DNA from: Phyllobates terribilis
Lineage: Eukaryota
Direction: 5' to 3'
Assembly: GCF_046119375.1 (NCBI RefSeq)
Contig: NW_027362768.1
Span: 367,598,001-367,662,000 of the forward strand
Length of the DNA stretch: 64,000 nt
A program made the translations under genes and the position numbers. Position 1 is the stretch's first letter; every line of letters starts with the position of its first letter. Positions 27,401 through 38,800 of this stretch are shown here, piece by piece. The notes beneath the pieces are model-generated. The model searched no databases. It was not told the origin of the DNA and saw nothing but the letters and a program-made list of their open reading frames with translations.

Positions 27401-29429
27401 TATGTATAAGAATATAACTACTATAATACTGCTCCCTATGTACAAGAATATAACTACTATAATACTGCTCCTATGTACAAGAATATAACTACTATAATAC
27501 TGCCCCCTATGTACAAGAATATAACTACTATAATACTGCTCCCTATGTACAAGAATATAACTACTATAATACTGCTCCCTATGTACAAGAATATAACTAC
27601 TATAATACTGCTCCTATGTACAAGAATATAACTATAATACTGCTCCTATGTACAAGAATATAACTACTATAATACTGCTCCTATGTACAAGAATATAACT
27701 GCTATAATGTATATTGTACTGCTCCCCCTATGTACAAGAATATAACTACTATAATACTGCTCCTATGTATAAGAATATAACTACTATAATACTGCTCCCT
27801 ATGTACAAGAATATAACTACTATAATACTGCTCCTATGTACAAGAATATAACTACTATAATACTGCCCCCTATGTACAAGAATATAACTACTATAATACT
27901 GCTCCCTATGTACAAGAATATAACTACTATAATACTGCTCCCTATGTACAAGAATATAACTACTATAATACTGCTGCTATGTACAAGAATATAACTATAA
28001 TACTGCTCCTATGTACAAGAATATAACTACTATAATACTGCTCGCTATGTACAAGAATATAACTACTATAATACTGCTCCCTATGTACAAGAATATAACT
28101 ACTATAATACTGCTCCCTATGTACAAGAATATAACTACTATAATACTGCTCCTATGTACAAGAATATAACTACTATAATACTGCTCCCTATGTACAAGAA
28201 TATAACTACTATAATACTGCTCCCTATGTACAAGAATATAACTACTATAATACTGCTCCCTATGTACAAGAATATAACTACTATAATACTGCTCCCTATG
28301 TACAAGAATATAACTACTATAATACTGCTCCCTATGTACAAGAATATAACTACTATAATACTGCTCCCTATGTACAAGAATATAACTACTATAATACTGC
28401 TCCTATGTACAAGAATATAACTACTATAATACTGCTCCTATGTACAAGAATATAACTACTATAATACTGCTCCTATGTACAAGAATATAACTACTATAAT
28501 ACTGCTCCTATGTATAAGAATATAACTACTATAATACTGCTCCCTATGTACAAGAATATAACTACTATAATACTGCTCCTATGTACAAGAATATAACTAC
28601 TATAATACTGCCCCCTATGTACAAGAATATAACTACTATAATACTGCTCCCTATGTACAAGAATATAACTACTATAATACTGCCCCCTATGTACAAGAAT
28701 ATAACTACTATAATACTGCTCCTATGTACAAGAATATAACTACTATAATACTGCTCGCTATGTACAAGAATATAACTACTATAATACTGCTCGCTATGTA
28801 CAAGAATATAACTACTATAATACTGCTCCCTATGTACAAGAATATAACTACTATAATACTGCTCCCTATGTACAAGAATATAACTACTATAATACTGCTC
28901 CTATGTACAAGAATATAACTACTATAATACTGCTCCCTATGTACAAGAATATAACTACTATAATACTGCTCCCTATGTACAAGAATATAACTACTATAAT
29001 ACTGCTCCCTATGTACAAGAATATAACTACTATAATACTGCTCCCTATGTACAAGAATATAACTACTATAATACTGCTCCCTATGTACAAGAATATAACT
29101 ACTATAATACTGCTCCCTATGTACAAGAATATAACTACTATAATACTGCTCCCTATGTACAAGAATATAACTACTATAATACTGCTCCCTATGTACAAGA
29201 ATATAACTACTATAATACTGCTCCCTATGTACAAGAATATAACTACTATAATACTGCTCCCTATGTACAAGAATATAACTACTATAATACTGCTCCCTAT
29301 GTACAAGAATATAACTACTATAATACTGCTCCCTATGTACAAGAATATAACTACTATAATACTGCTCCCTATATACAGGAATATAACTACTATAATACTG
29401 CTCCTATGTATAAGAATATAACTACTATA
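21498..29429. repeat. 35/36 bp minisatellite, array 2, about 220 units, with higher-order duplications
   Basis: Same unit and orientation as array 1. Marker variants recur at 1704 bp and 1012 bp offsets, and a degenerate remnant lies at about 29590-29635. Confidence 0.97.
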
Positions 29430-29709
29430 TGATGATATCTTACAGATCGAATCATCTTCTCTCTTTTGGTTTAGTAGTTGTTTTATCCACTACCATGGCA
29501 TTTTAAATTCACCAACTAGAGTGTTTCCTTTCACACCAATAAAGAAGAGTTTTTGGGGATTTTCGTGGAGCTGGATTTTTCTTTCTTTGCTATAATACTG
29601 CTTCCTATGTATAGGAATATAACTACTATACTACTACCCTCTAAGCAGAGTATGGATGTAGATTTCTAATTATATTTCATGTTAATAGCTTTTTTTCTTG
29701 AAGACTGGT

Positions 29710-29715
29710 TTTATT
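29710..29715 (-). terminator. Possible WDR6 polyadenylation signal
   Basis: AATAAA on the minus strand about 100 nt after the stop codon; a second one lies at 29751-29756. Confidence 0.4.
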
Positions 29716-29814
29716 AAAACATTACAAAAACTTTGTAATAATCTAGATGTTTTATTTTTCCCCTCACACGCTGTCTTTCTTTAGTAGATATGACAGTACA
29801 TATTTCAGAGATAT

Positions 29815-32800
29815 CTAGTGTTCACACTTCACAATCTCCAGGCCTTGCCCGCAGAGCACATACAGATGCCTTTCATCACGTGTCCAGCAGTCTAGTCCTG
29901 ACACGTCGGCCACGTGACAGAATTTGGTGGCCACGTGTTTAAGATCACTGTCCCCAATATTCCAAAGAGTCAGACGCTGATCCACAGACACCGATACCAG
30001 GAGGTCATCTCGGAGGAGGCGCAGTCCGGTGACATGTGCAGCATGAGCAGAAGTGGCAGAGACTGACCGGAGAAGTTGTGCACCTGGTCCTCTGGGACCT
30101 TTGTCATCCAACAATAACCAACACACACAGATAGAATTGTCATCTCCTCCGCTGGCGACCAGATATTGTCCATCCTTAGTCCTCTGGACGCAGAGACTGT
30201 TGATCCCACATTGGTGAGCGGAGAACAAAAAGCAAACAGATCCCAAATCTGGAAACAGAGGTTCTTGTAAGTTTTCATTATTAGTTACCCCAAATTGATT
30301 GTATACCCCAGGCAAATTGTACACACCGAGTTCTACCAAGTGCCGTTTTCTCCACCCCAAGCGCTGGCTCCAAGTATAAAGTTTTGTCTAGTGTCTTCCT
30401 TTAACTATTTAACGTCTCTGTTGACGTTCCATAGGGCTGTCGTATGTAGCCGAGCGCTGCACTCGGGTATCTTGCAGCCTTATAAGCATTGCACAGAATG
30501 GCGGTGCTACAGCCCTTTACTAATGAGGCATTTCAGACCCTTGTTCTCCGGATCGGTGGGCGTCCCAATCACCCAGTTGTATTTTTTAAGAGCATCATTT
30601 TAGGGGGGGGGGGGTAGATATAATATATTCAATATTTTTTTTAGTGGGATGTGCAATTAATAAAAAGGCAATTTCACTACTGACTTTACAGCTTTATTTT
30701 GTGGGTTCTTAGAATTATGGTGAGATCAATATTTTTTTTTCCATGTTTCTCTACAAAAACTTTTTAGATTATTTGTCCAATTTATTTTGCTACATAAAAC
30801 TTTTTCATTTTTATTCTTTTTTTTGGTGAGGTGGAGCTAAACAAATAACAGCACTTTCTAAAAAAAATAAAATAATAATAAAAAATAAAAAAATCATTTA
30901 CCATGCGGAATAATGTTTATTTTATCATGCCGTACTTTCCTGATGCAGAGAGGATTTTTGTTTCTTTTTATATTGTCCCAGTCGCTGACGTGAACATGCA
31001 ATCCTCGGATTGCTTCTGTAATATATTGTGATACTTTTGTATTGCGGTATGTTATTATACCTGGCAGTGTCACACCTCGATCTGCTAAACGACCCTACAA
31101 TCCCTACTGAAAGTGCCATCTAAGGAATTAACCAGCCAGGAGGTTGGATGCACAGAATCCCCCTTACATTAGCCATATGTTGTTTATGTATCATGGATCA
31201 AATGATCTCTGGGGAAATCACTCAGCACTTAATAAATGTATAATGAGCCTGTTTAATGCATGCTAGTACTCAGGCGCTGTCTCTACCTCCCCTATGAGAA
31301 CGAGTGTGCACTAGAATGACTACTGTAGACCGGCGCCGTACAACCTGCCATCCTCAGAAAAGAAGGCAACCCCCTGCCAAAAGACACTAACAGCCCTCCT
31401 TACTGTCTACTATTCTATGAAGATCTAAATTATGACCTAATGGTTATGAGAAGGCTAATATTAGCCTGAGTTACTGCAATTTCCATAGTAAAATGGCAAC
31501 CACCATGCTTTAGACTGCAGCCTGCATTCTGGAAACAAGTGCAGGATACCTAATGTTTCACAGTGACGTCTACTGTTAATTTATAACTTATGCTTTTATA
31601 TATCGTTTTCTACAACCCCTTTTAAGCTATGGACACCTTTGACATGGCAAAAAAATGAGTTTTACTTATGTACGTATTTACCTTTTGGTAATGAAATGAC
31701 ATTACACGTAGGTTTGCAATCTTCATTTCTTCATTCATTCTCAGGCCCCCTGATATGCAGTTTGTAGCTTGATCCAAGTTTCAGATTTTTATCTTGTGGG
31801 AATGTCTCTCCCAGTAATATAGGCTGTATGTGAGGTCTGTGTCTCTCCCAGTAACATAGGCTGTATGTGAGGTCTGTTTCTCTCCCAGTAACATAGGCTG
31901 TATGTGAGGTCTGTTTCTCTCCCAGTAATATAGATTGGATGTGAGGTCTGTGTCTCTCCCAGTAATATAGATTGGATGTGAGGTCTGTGTGTCTCTCCCA
32001 GTAATATAGGCTGTATGTCAGGTCTGTGTCTCTCCCAGTAATATAGATTGGATGTGAGGTCTGTGTCTCTCCCAGTAATATAGATTGGATGTGAGGTCTG
32101 TGTCTCTCCCAGTAATATAGATTGGATGTGAGGTCTGTGTGTCTCTCCCAGTAATATAGGCTGTATGTGAGGTCTGTTTCTCTCCCAGTAATATAGATTG
32201 GATGTGAGGTCTGTGTCTCTCCTAGTAATATAGATTGGATGTGAGGTCTGTGTCTCTCCCAGTAATATAGATTGGATGTGAGGTCTGTGTGTCTCTCTCA
32301 GTAATATAGGCTGTATGTCAGGTCTGTGTCTCTCTCAGTAATATAGATTGGATGTGAGGTCTGTGTGTCTCCCCTAGTAATATAGGCTGTATGTGAGGTC
32401 TGTGCGTCTCCCCTAGTAATATAGGCTGTATGTGAGGTCTGTGTGTCTCTCCCAGTAATATAGGCAGTATGTGAGGTCTGTGTCTCTCTCAGTAATATAG
32501 ATTGGATGTGAGGTCTGTGTCTCTCCCAGTAATATAGGCAGTATGTGAGGTCTGTGTCTCTCCCAGTAATATAGATTGGATGTGAGGTCTGTGTGTCTCT
32601 CCCAGTAATATAGGCAGTATGTGAGGTCTGTGTGTCTCTCCTAGTAATATAGGCTGTATGTGAGGTCTGTGTCTCTCTCAGTAATATAGATTGGATGTGA
32701 TGTCTGTGTCTCTCCCAGTAATATAGGCTGTATGTGAGGTCTGTGTCTCTCTCAGTAATATAGATTGGATGTGATGTCTGTGTGTCTCCCCTAGTAATAT

Positions 32801-35800
32801 AGGCTAGATGTGAGGTCTGTGTGTCTCCCCTAGTAATATAGGCTAGATGTGAGGTCTGTGTGTCTCTCCCAGTAATATAGGCAGTATGTGAGGTCTGTGT
32901 CTCTCCCAGTAATATAGATTGGATGTGAGGTCTGTGTCTCCCCTAGTAATATAGGCTGGATGTCAGGTCTGTGTGTCTCTCCCAGTAATATAGATTGGAT
33001 GTGAGGTCTGTGTGTCTCTCCTAGTAATATAGGCAGTATGTGAGGTCTGTGTCTCTCCCAGTAATATAGATTGGATGTGAGGTCTGTGTGTCTCTCCCAG
33101 TAATATAGGCTGTATGTGAGGTCTGTGTCTCTCTCCCAGTAATATAGGCAGTATGTGAGGTCTATTGGTCTCTCTCAGTAATATAGGCTGTATGTGAGGT
33201 CTGTGTCTCTCTCAGTAATATAGATTGGATGTGATGTCTGTGTCTCCCCTAGTAATATAGGCTAGATGTGAGGTCTGTGTGTCTCTCCCAGTAATATAGG
33301 CAGTATGTGAGGTCTGTGTCTCTCCCAGTAATATAGATTGGATGTGAGGTCTGTGTGTCTCCCCTCGTAATATAGGCTGGATGTCAGGTCTGTGTGTCTC
33401 TCCCAGTAATATAGGCAGTATGTGAGGTCTGTGTCTCTCCCAGTAATATAGATTGGATGTGAGGTCTATGTGTCTCCCCTCGTAATATAGGCTGGATGTC
33501 AGGTCTGTGTGTCTCTCCCAGTAATATAGGCAGTATGTGAGGTCTGTGTCTCTCCCAGTAATATAGATTGGATGTGAGGTCTGTGTGTCTCCCCTAGTAA
33601 TATAGGCTGGATGTCAGGTCTGTGTGTCTCTCCCAGTAATATAGGCTGTATGTGAGGTCTGTGTCTCTCCCAGTAATATAGATTGGATGTGATGTCTGTG
33701 TGTCTCTCCCAGTAATATAGGCTGTATGTGAGGTCTGTGTCTCTCTCAGTAATATAGATTGGATGTGAGGTCTGTGTGTCTCTCCTAGTAATGTAGGCAG
33801 TATGTGAGGTCTGTGTCTCTCTCAGTAATATAGATTGGATGTGAGGTCTGTGTGTCTCTCCCAGTAATATAGGCAGTATGTGAGGTCTGTGTGTCTCTCT
33901 CAGTAATATAGATTGGATGTGAGGTCTGTGTGTCTCCCCTAGTAATATAGGCTGTATGTGAGGTCTGTGTCTCTCTCAGTAATATAGATTGGATGTGAGG
34001 TCTGTGTGTCTCTCCCAGTAATATAGGCAGTATGTGAGGTCTGTGTGTCTCTCTCAGTAATATAGATTGGATGTGAGGTCTGTGTGTCTCCCCTAGTAAT
34101 ATAGGCTGTATGTGAGGTCTGTGTCTCTCTCAGTAATATAGATTGGATGTGAGGTCTGTGTGTCTCTCCCAGTAATATAGGCTGTATGTGAGGTCTGTGT
34201 GTCTCCCCTAGTAATATAGGCAGTATGTGAGGTCTGTGCGTCTCTCCCAGTAATATAGATTGGATGTGAGGTCTGTGTGTCTCCCCTAGTAATATAGGCT
34301 GGATGTCAGGTCTGTGTGTCTCTCCCAGTAATAAAGGCAGTATGTGAGGTCTGTGTGTCTCTCCCAGTAATATAGGCTGTATGTGAGGTCTGTGTCTCTC
34401 CCAGTAATATAGATTGGATGTGAGGTCTGTGTGTCTCCCCTAGTAATATAGGCTGGATGTCAGGTCTGTGTGTCTCTCCCAGTAATAAAGGCAGTATGTG
34501 AGGTCTGTGTGTCTCCCCTAGTAATATAGGCTGTATGTGAGGTCTATGTGTCTCTCCCAGTAATATGGGCAGTATGTGAGGTCTGTGTGTCTCTCCCAGT
34601 AATATAGGCTGTATGTGAGGTCTGTGTCTCTCCCAGTAATATAGATTGGATGTGAGGTCTGTGTCTCTCCCAGTAATATAGGCTGTATGTCAGGTCTGTG
34701 TCTCTCCCAGTAATATAGATTGGATGTGAGGTCTGTGTGTCTCCCCTAGTAATATAGGCTGGATGTGAGGTCTGTGTGTCTCTCCCAGTAATATAGGCAG
34801 TATGTGAGGTCTGTGTCTCTCCCAGTAATATAGGCTTGATGTGATGTCTGTGTGTCTCTCCCAGTAATATAGATTGGATGTGAGGTCTGTGTGTCTCTCC
34901 CAGTAATATAGGCTGTATGTGAGGTCTGTGTCTCTCCCAGTAATATAGATTGGATGTGAGGTCTGTGTGTCTCCCCTAGTAATATAGGCTGGATGTGAGG
35001 TCTGTGTGTCTCTCCTAGTAATGTAGGCAGTATGTGAGGTCTGTGTCTCTCCCAGTAATATAGGCTGGATGTGATGTCTGTGTGTCTCTCCCAGTAATAT
35101 AGATTGGATGTGAGGTCTGTGTGTCTCCCCTAGTAATATAGGCTGGATGTGAGGTCTGTGTGTCTCTCCCAGTAATATAGGCTGTATGTGAGGTCTGTGT
35201 CTCTCCCAGTAATATAGATTGGATGTGAGGTCTGTGTGTCTCCCCTAGTAATATAGGCTGTATGTGAGGTCTGTGTGTCTCCCCTAGTAATATAGGCTGT
35301 ATGTGAGGTCTGTGTCTCTCTCAGTAATATAGATTGGATGTGAGGTCTGTGTCTCTCTCAGTAATATAGATTGGATGTGAGGTCTGTGTCTCTCTCAGTA
35401 ATATAGATTGGATGTGAGGTCTGTGTCTCTCTCAGTAATATAGATTGGATGTGAGGTCTGTGTCTCTCTCAGTAATATAGATTGGATGTGAGGTCTGTGT
35501 GTCTCTCCCAGTAATATAGATTGGATGTGAGGTCTGTGTCTCTCTCAGTAATATAGGCTGTATGTGAGGTCTGTGCGTCTCTCCCAGTAATATAGATTGG
35601 ATGTGAGGTCTGTGCGTCTCCCCTAGTAATATAGGCTGGATGTGAGGTCTGTGTGTCTCTCCCAGTAATAAAGGCAGTATGTGAGGTCTGTGTGTCTCTC
35701 CCAGTAATATAGGCTGTATGTGAGGTCTGTGTCTCTCCCAGTAATATAGATTGGATGTGAGGTCTGTGTGTCTCCCCTAGTAATATAGGCTGTATGTGAG

Positions 35801-38800
35801 GTCTATGTGTCTCTCCCAGTAATATGGGCAGTATGTGAGGTCTGTGTGTCTCTCCCAGTAATATAGGCAGTATGTGAGGTCTGTGTCTCTCCCAGTAATA
35901 TAGATTGGATGTGAGGTCTGTGTCTCTCCCAGTAATATAGGCTGTATGTCAGGTCTGTGTCTCTCCCAGTAATATAGATTGGATGTGAGGTCTGTGTGTC
36001 TCCCCTAGTAATATAGGCTGGATGTGAGGTCTGTGTGTCTCTCCTAGTAATATAGGCAGTATGTGAGGTCTGTGTCTCCCCTAGTAATATAGATTGGATG
36101 TGAGGTCTGTGTGTCTCTCCCAGTAATATAGGCAGTATGTGAGGTCTGTGTCTCTCCCAGTAATATAGGCTTGATGTGATGTCTGTGTGTCTCTCCCAGT
36201 AATATAGATTGGATGTGAGGTCTGTGTGTCTCTCCCAGTAATATAGGCTGTATGTGAGGTCTGTGTCTCTCCCAGTAATATAGATTGGATGTGAGGTCTG
36301 TGTGTCTCCCCTAGTAATATAGGCTGGATGTGAGGTCTGTGTGTCTCTCCTAGTAATGTAGGCAGTATGTGAGGTCTGTGTCTCTCCCAGTAATATAGGC
36401 TGGATGTGATGTCTGTGTGTCTCTCCCAGTAATATAGATTGGATGTGAGGTCTGTGTGTCTCCCCTAGTAATATAGGCTGGATGTGAGGTCTGTGTGTCT
36501 CTCCCAGTAATATAGGCTGTATGTGAGGTCTGTGTCTCTCCCAGTAATATAGATTGGATGTGAGGTCTGTGTGTCTCCCCTAGTAATATAGGCTGTATGT
36601 GAGGTCTGTGTGTCTCCCCTAGTAATATAGGCTGTATGTGAGGTCTGTGTCTCTCTCAGTAATATAGATTGGATGTGAGGTCTGTGTCTCTCTCAGTAAT
36701 ATAGATTGGATGTGAGGTCTGTGTCTCTCTCAGTAATATAGATTGGATGTGAGGTCTGTGTCTCTCTCAGTAATATAGGCTGTATGTGAGGTCTGTGTGT
36801 CTCTCCCAGTAATATAGATTGGATGTGAGGTCTGTGTGTCTCCCCTAGTAATATAGGCTGGATGTGAGGTCTGTGTGTCTCTCCCAGTAATATAGGCTGG
36901 ATGTGAGGTCTGTGTGTCTCTCCCAGTAATATAGGCAGTATGTGAGGTCTGTGTCTCTCCCAGTAATATAGATTGGATGTGAGGTCTGTGTGTCTCCCCT
37001 AGTAATATAGGCTGTATGTGAGGTCTATGTGTCTCTCCCAGTAATATGGGCAGTATGTGAGATCTGTGTGTCTCTCCCAGTAATATAGGCAGTATGTGAG
37101 GTCTGTGTGTCTCACCCAGTAATATAGGCAGTATGTGAGGTCTGTGTCTCTCCCAGTAATATATATTGGATGTGAGGTCTGTGTCTCTCTCAGTAATATA
37201 GATTGGATGTGAGGTCTGTGTGTCTCCCCTAGTAATATAGGCTGGATGTGAGGTCTATGTGTCTCTCCCAGTAATATAGGCAGTATGTGAGGTCTGTGTG
37301 TCTCTCCCAGTAATATAGATTGGATGTGAGGTCTGTGTGTCTCCCCTAGTAATATAGGCTGGATGTGAGGTCTGTGTGTCTCTCCCAGTAATATAGGCAG
37401 TATGTGAGGTCTGTGTGTCTCTCCCAGTAATATAGGCTGTATGTGAGGTCTGTGTCTCTCCCAGTAATATAGATTGGATGTGAGGTCTGTGTGTCTCTCC
37501 CAGTAATATAGGCTGTATGTCAGGTCTGTGTCTCTCCCAGTAATATAGATTGGATGTGAGGTCTGTGTGTCTCCCCTAGTAATATAGGCTGGATGTGAGG
37601 TCTGTGTCTCCCCTAGTAATATAGATTGGATGTGAGGTCTGTGTGTCTCTCCCAGTAATATAGGCTTGATGTGATGTCTGTGTGTCTCTCCCAGTAATAA
37701 AGGCTGTATGTGAGGTCTGTGTCTCTCCCAGTAATATAGATTGGATGTGAGGTCTGTGTGTCTCTCCCAGTAATATAGGCTGTATGTGAGGTCTGTGTCT
37801 CTCCCAGTAATACAGATTGGATGTGAGGTCTGTGTGTCTCCCCTAGTAATATAGGCTGGATGTGAGGTCTGTGTGTCTCTCCCAGTAATATAGGCTGTAT
37901 GTGAGGTCTGTGTCTCTCCCAGTAATATAGATTGGATGTGAGGTCTGTGTGTCTCCCCTAGTAATATAGGCTGGATGTGAGGTCTGTGTGTCTCTCCTAG
38001 TAATATAGGCAATATGTGAGGTCTGTGTCTCTCCCAGTAATATAGGCTGGATGTGAGGTCTGTGTGTCTCCCCTAGTAATATAGGCTGGATGTGAGGTCT
38101 GTGTGTCTCCCCTAGTAATATAGGCAGTATGTGAGGTCTGTGTGTCTCTCCCAGTAATATAGGCAGTATGTGAGGTCTGTGTCTCTCCCAGTAATATAGG
38201 CAGTATGTGAGGTCTGTGTCTCTCCTAGTAATATAGGCAGTATGTGAGGTCTGTGTCTCTCCCAGTAATATAGGCTGGATGTGAGGTCTGTGTGTCTCTC
38301 CTAGTAATATAGGCTGTATATGAGGTCTGTGTCTCTCCCAGTAATATAGATTGGATGTGAGGTCTGTGTGTCTCTCCCAGTAATGTAGGCTGTATGTGAG
38401 GTCTGTGTCTCTTCCAGTAATATAGATTGGATGTGAGGTCTGTGTGTCTCCCCTAGTAATATAGGCTGGATGTGAGGTCTGTGTGTCTCTCCCAGTAATA
38501 TAGGCTGTATGTGAGGTCTGTGTGTCTCTCCCAGTAATATAGATTGGATGTGAGGTCAGTGTCTCTTTCAGTAATGTAGGCTGGATGTGTGCTGTATGTT
38601 TCTCCCAGTAATATAGGCAGGAAGCAAGGTCTCTGTGACTCTCCTAGTAGTATAGGCTGGATACTAAGTCTGTGTTTTCCTCCCAGTAATATAGGCTGGT
38701 TGTGAGGCCTATGTCTCTCTCAATAATATTAGGCTGGATGTGAGCTGTATGTGTATCCAGGGTGCTGATGTTTACATTAGCACGTTAATCAACACATCTT

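Noticed and set aside
21498-29429. MYKNITTIILLP-type ORFs, or a CRISPR-like array
   Set aside because: The ORFs are runs of 36 bp units. There are no unique spacers, no cas genes, and the context is vertebrate.
30249-30360. N-terminal part of ORF 29815-30360
   Set aside because: It is intronic; the WDR6 last exon starts at the acceptor at 30248.
36999-38012. 337 aa ORF
   Set aside because: It is a translation of the 37/39 bp minisatellite.
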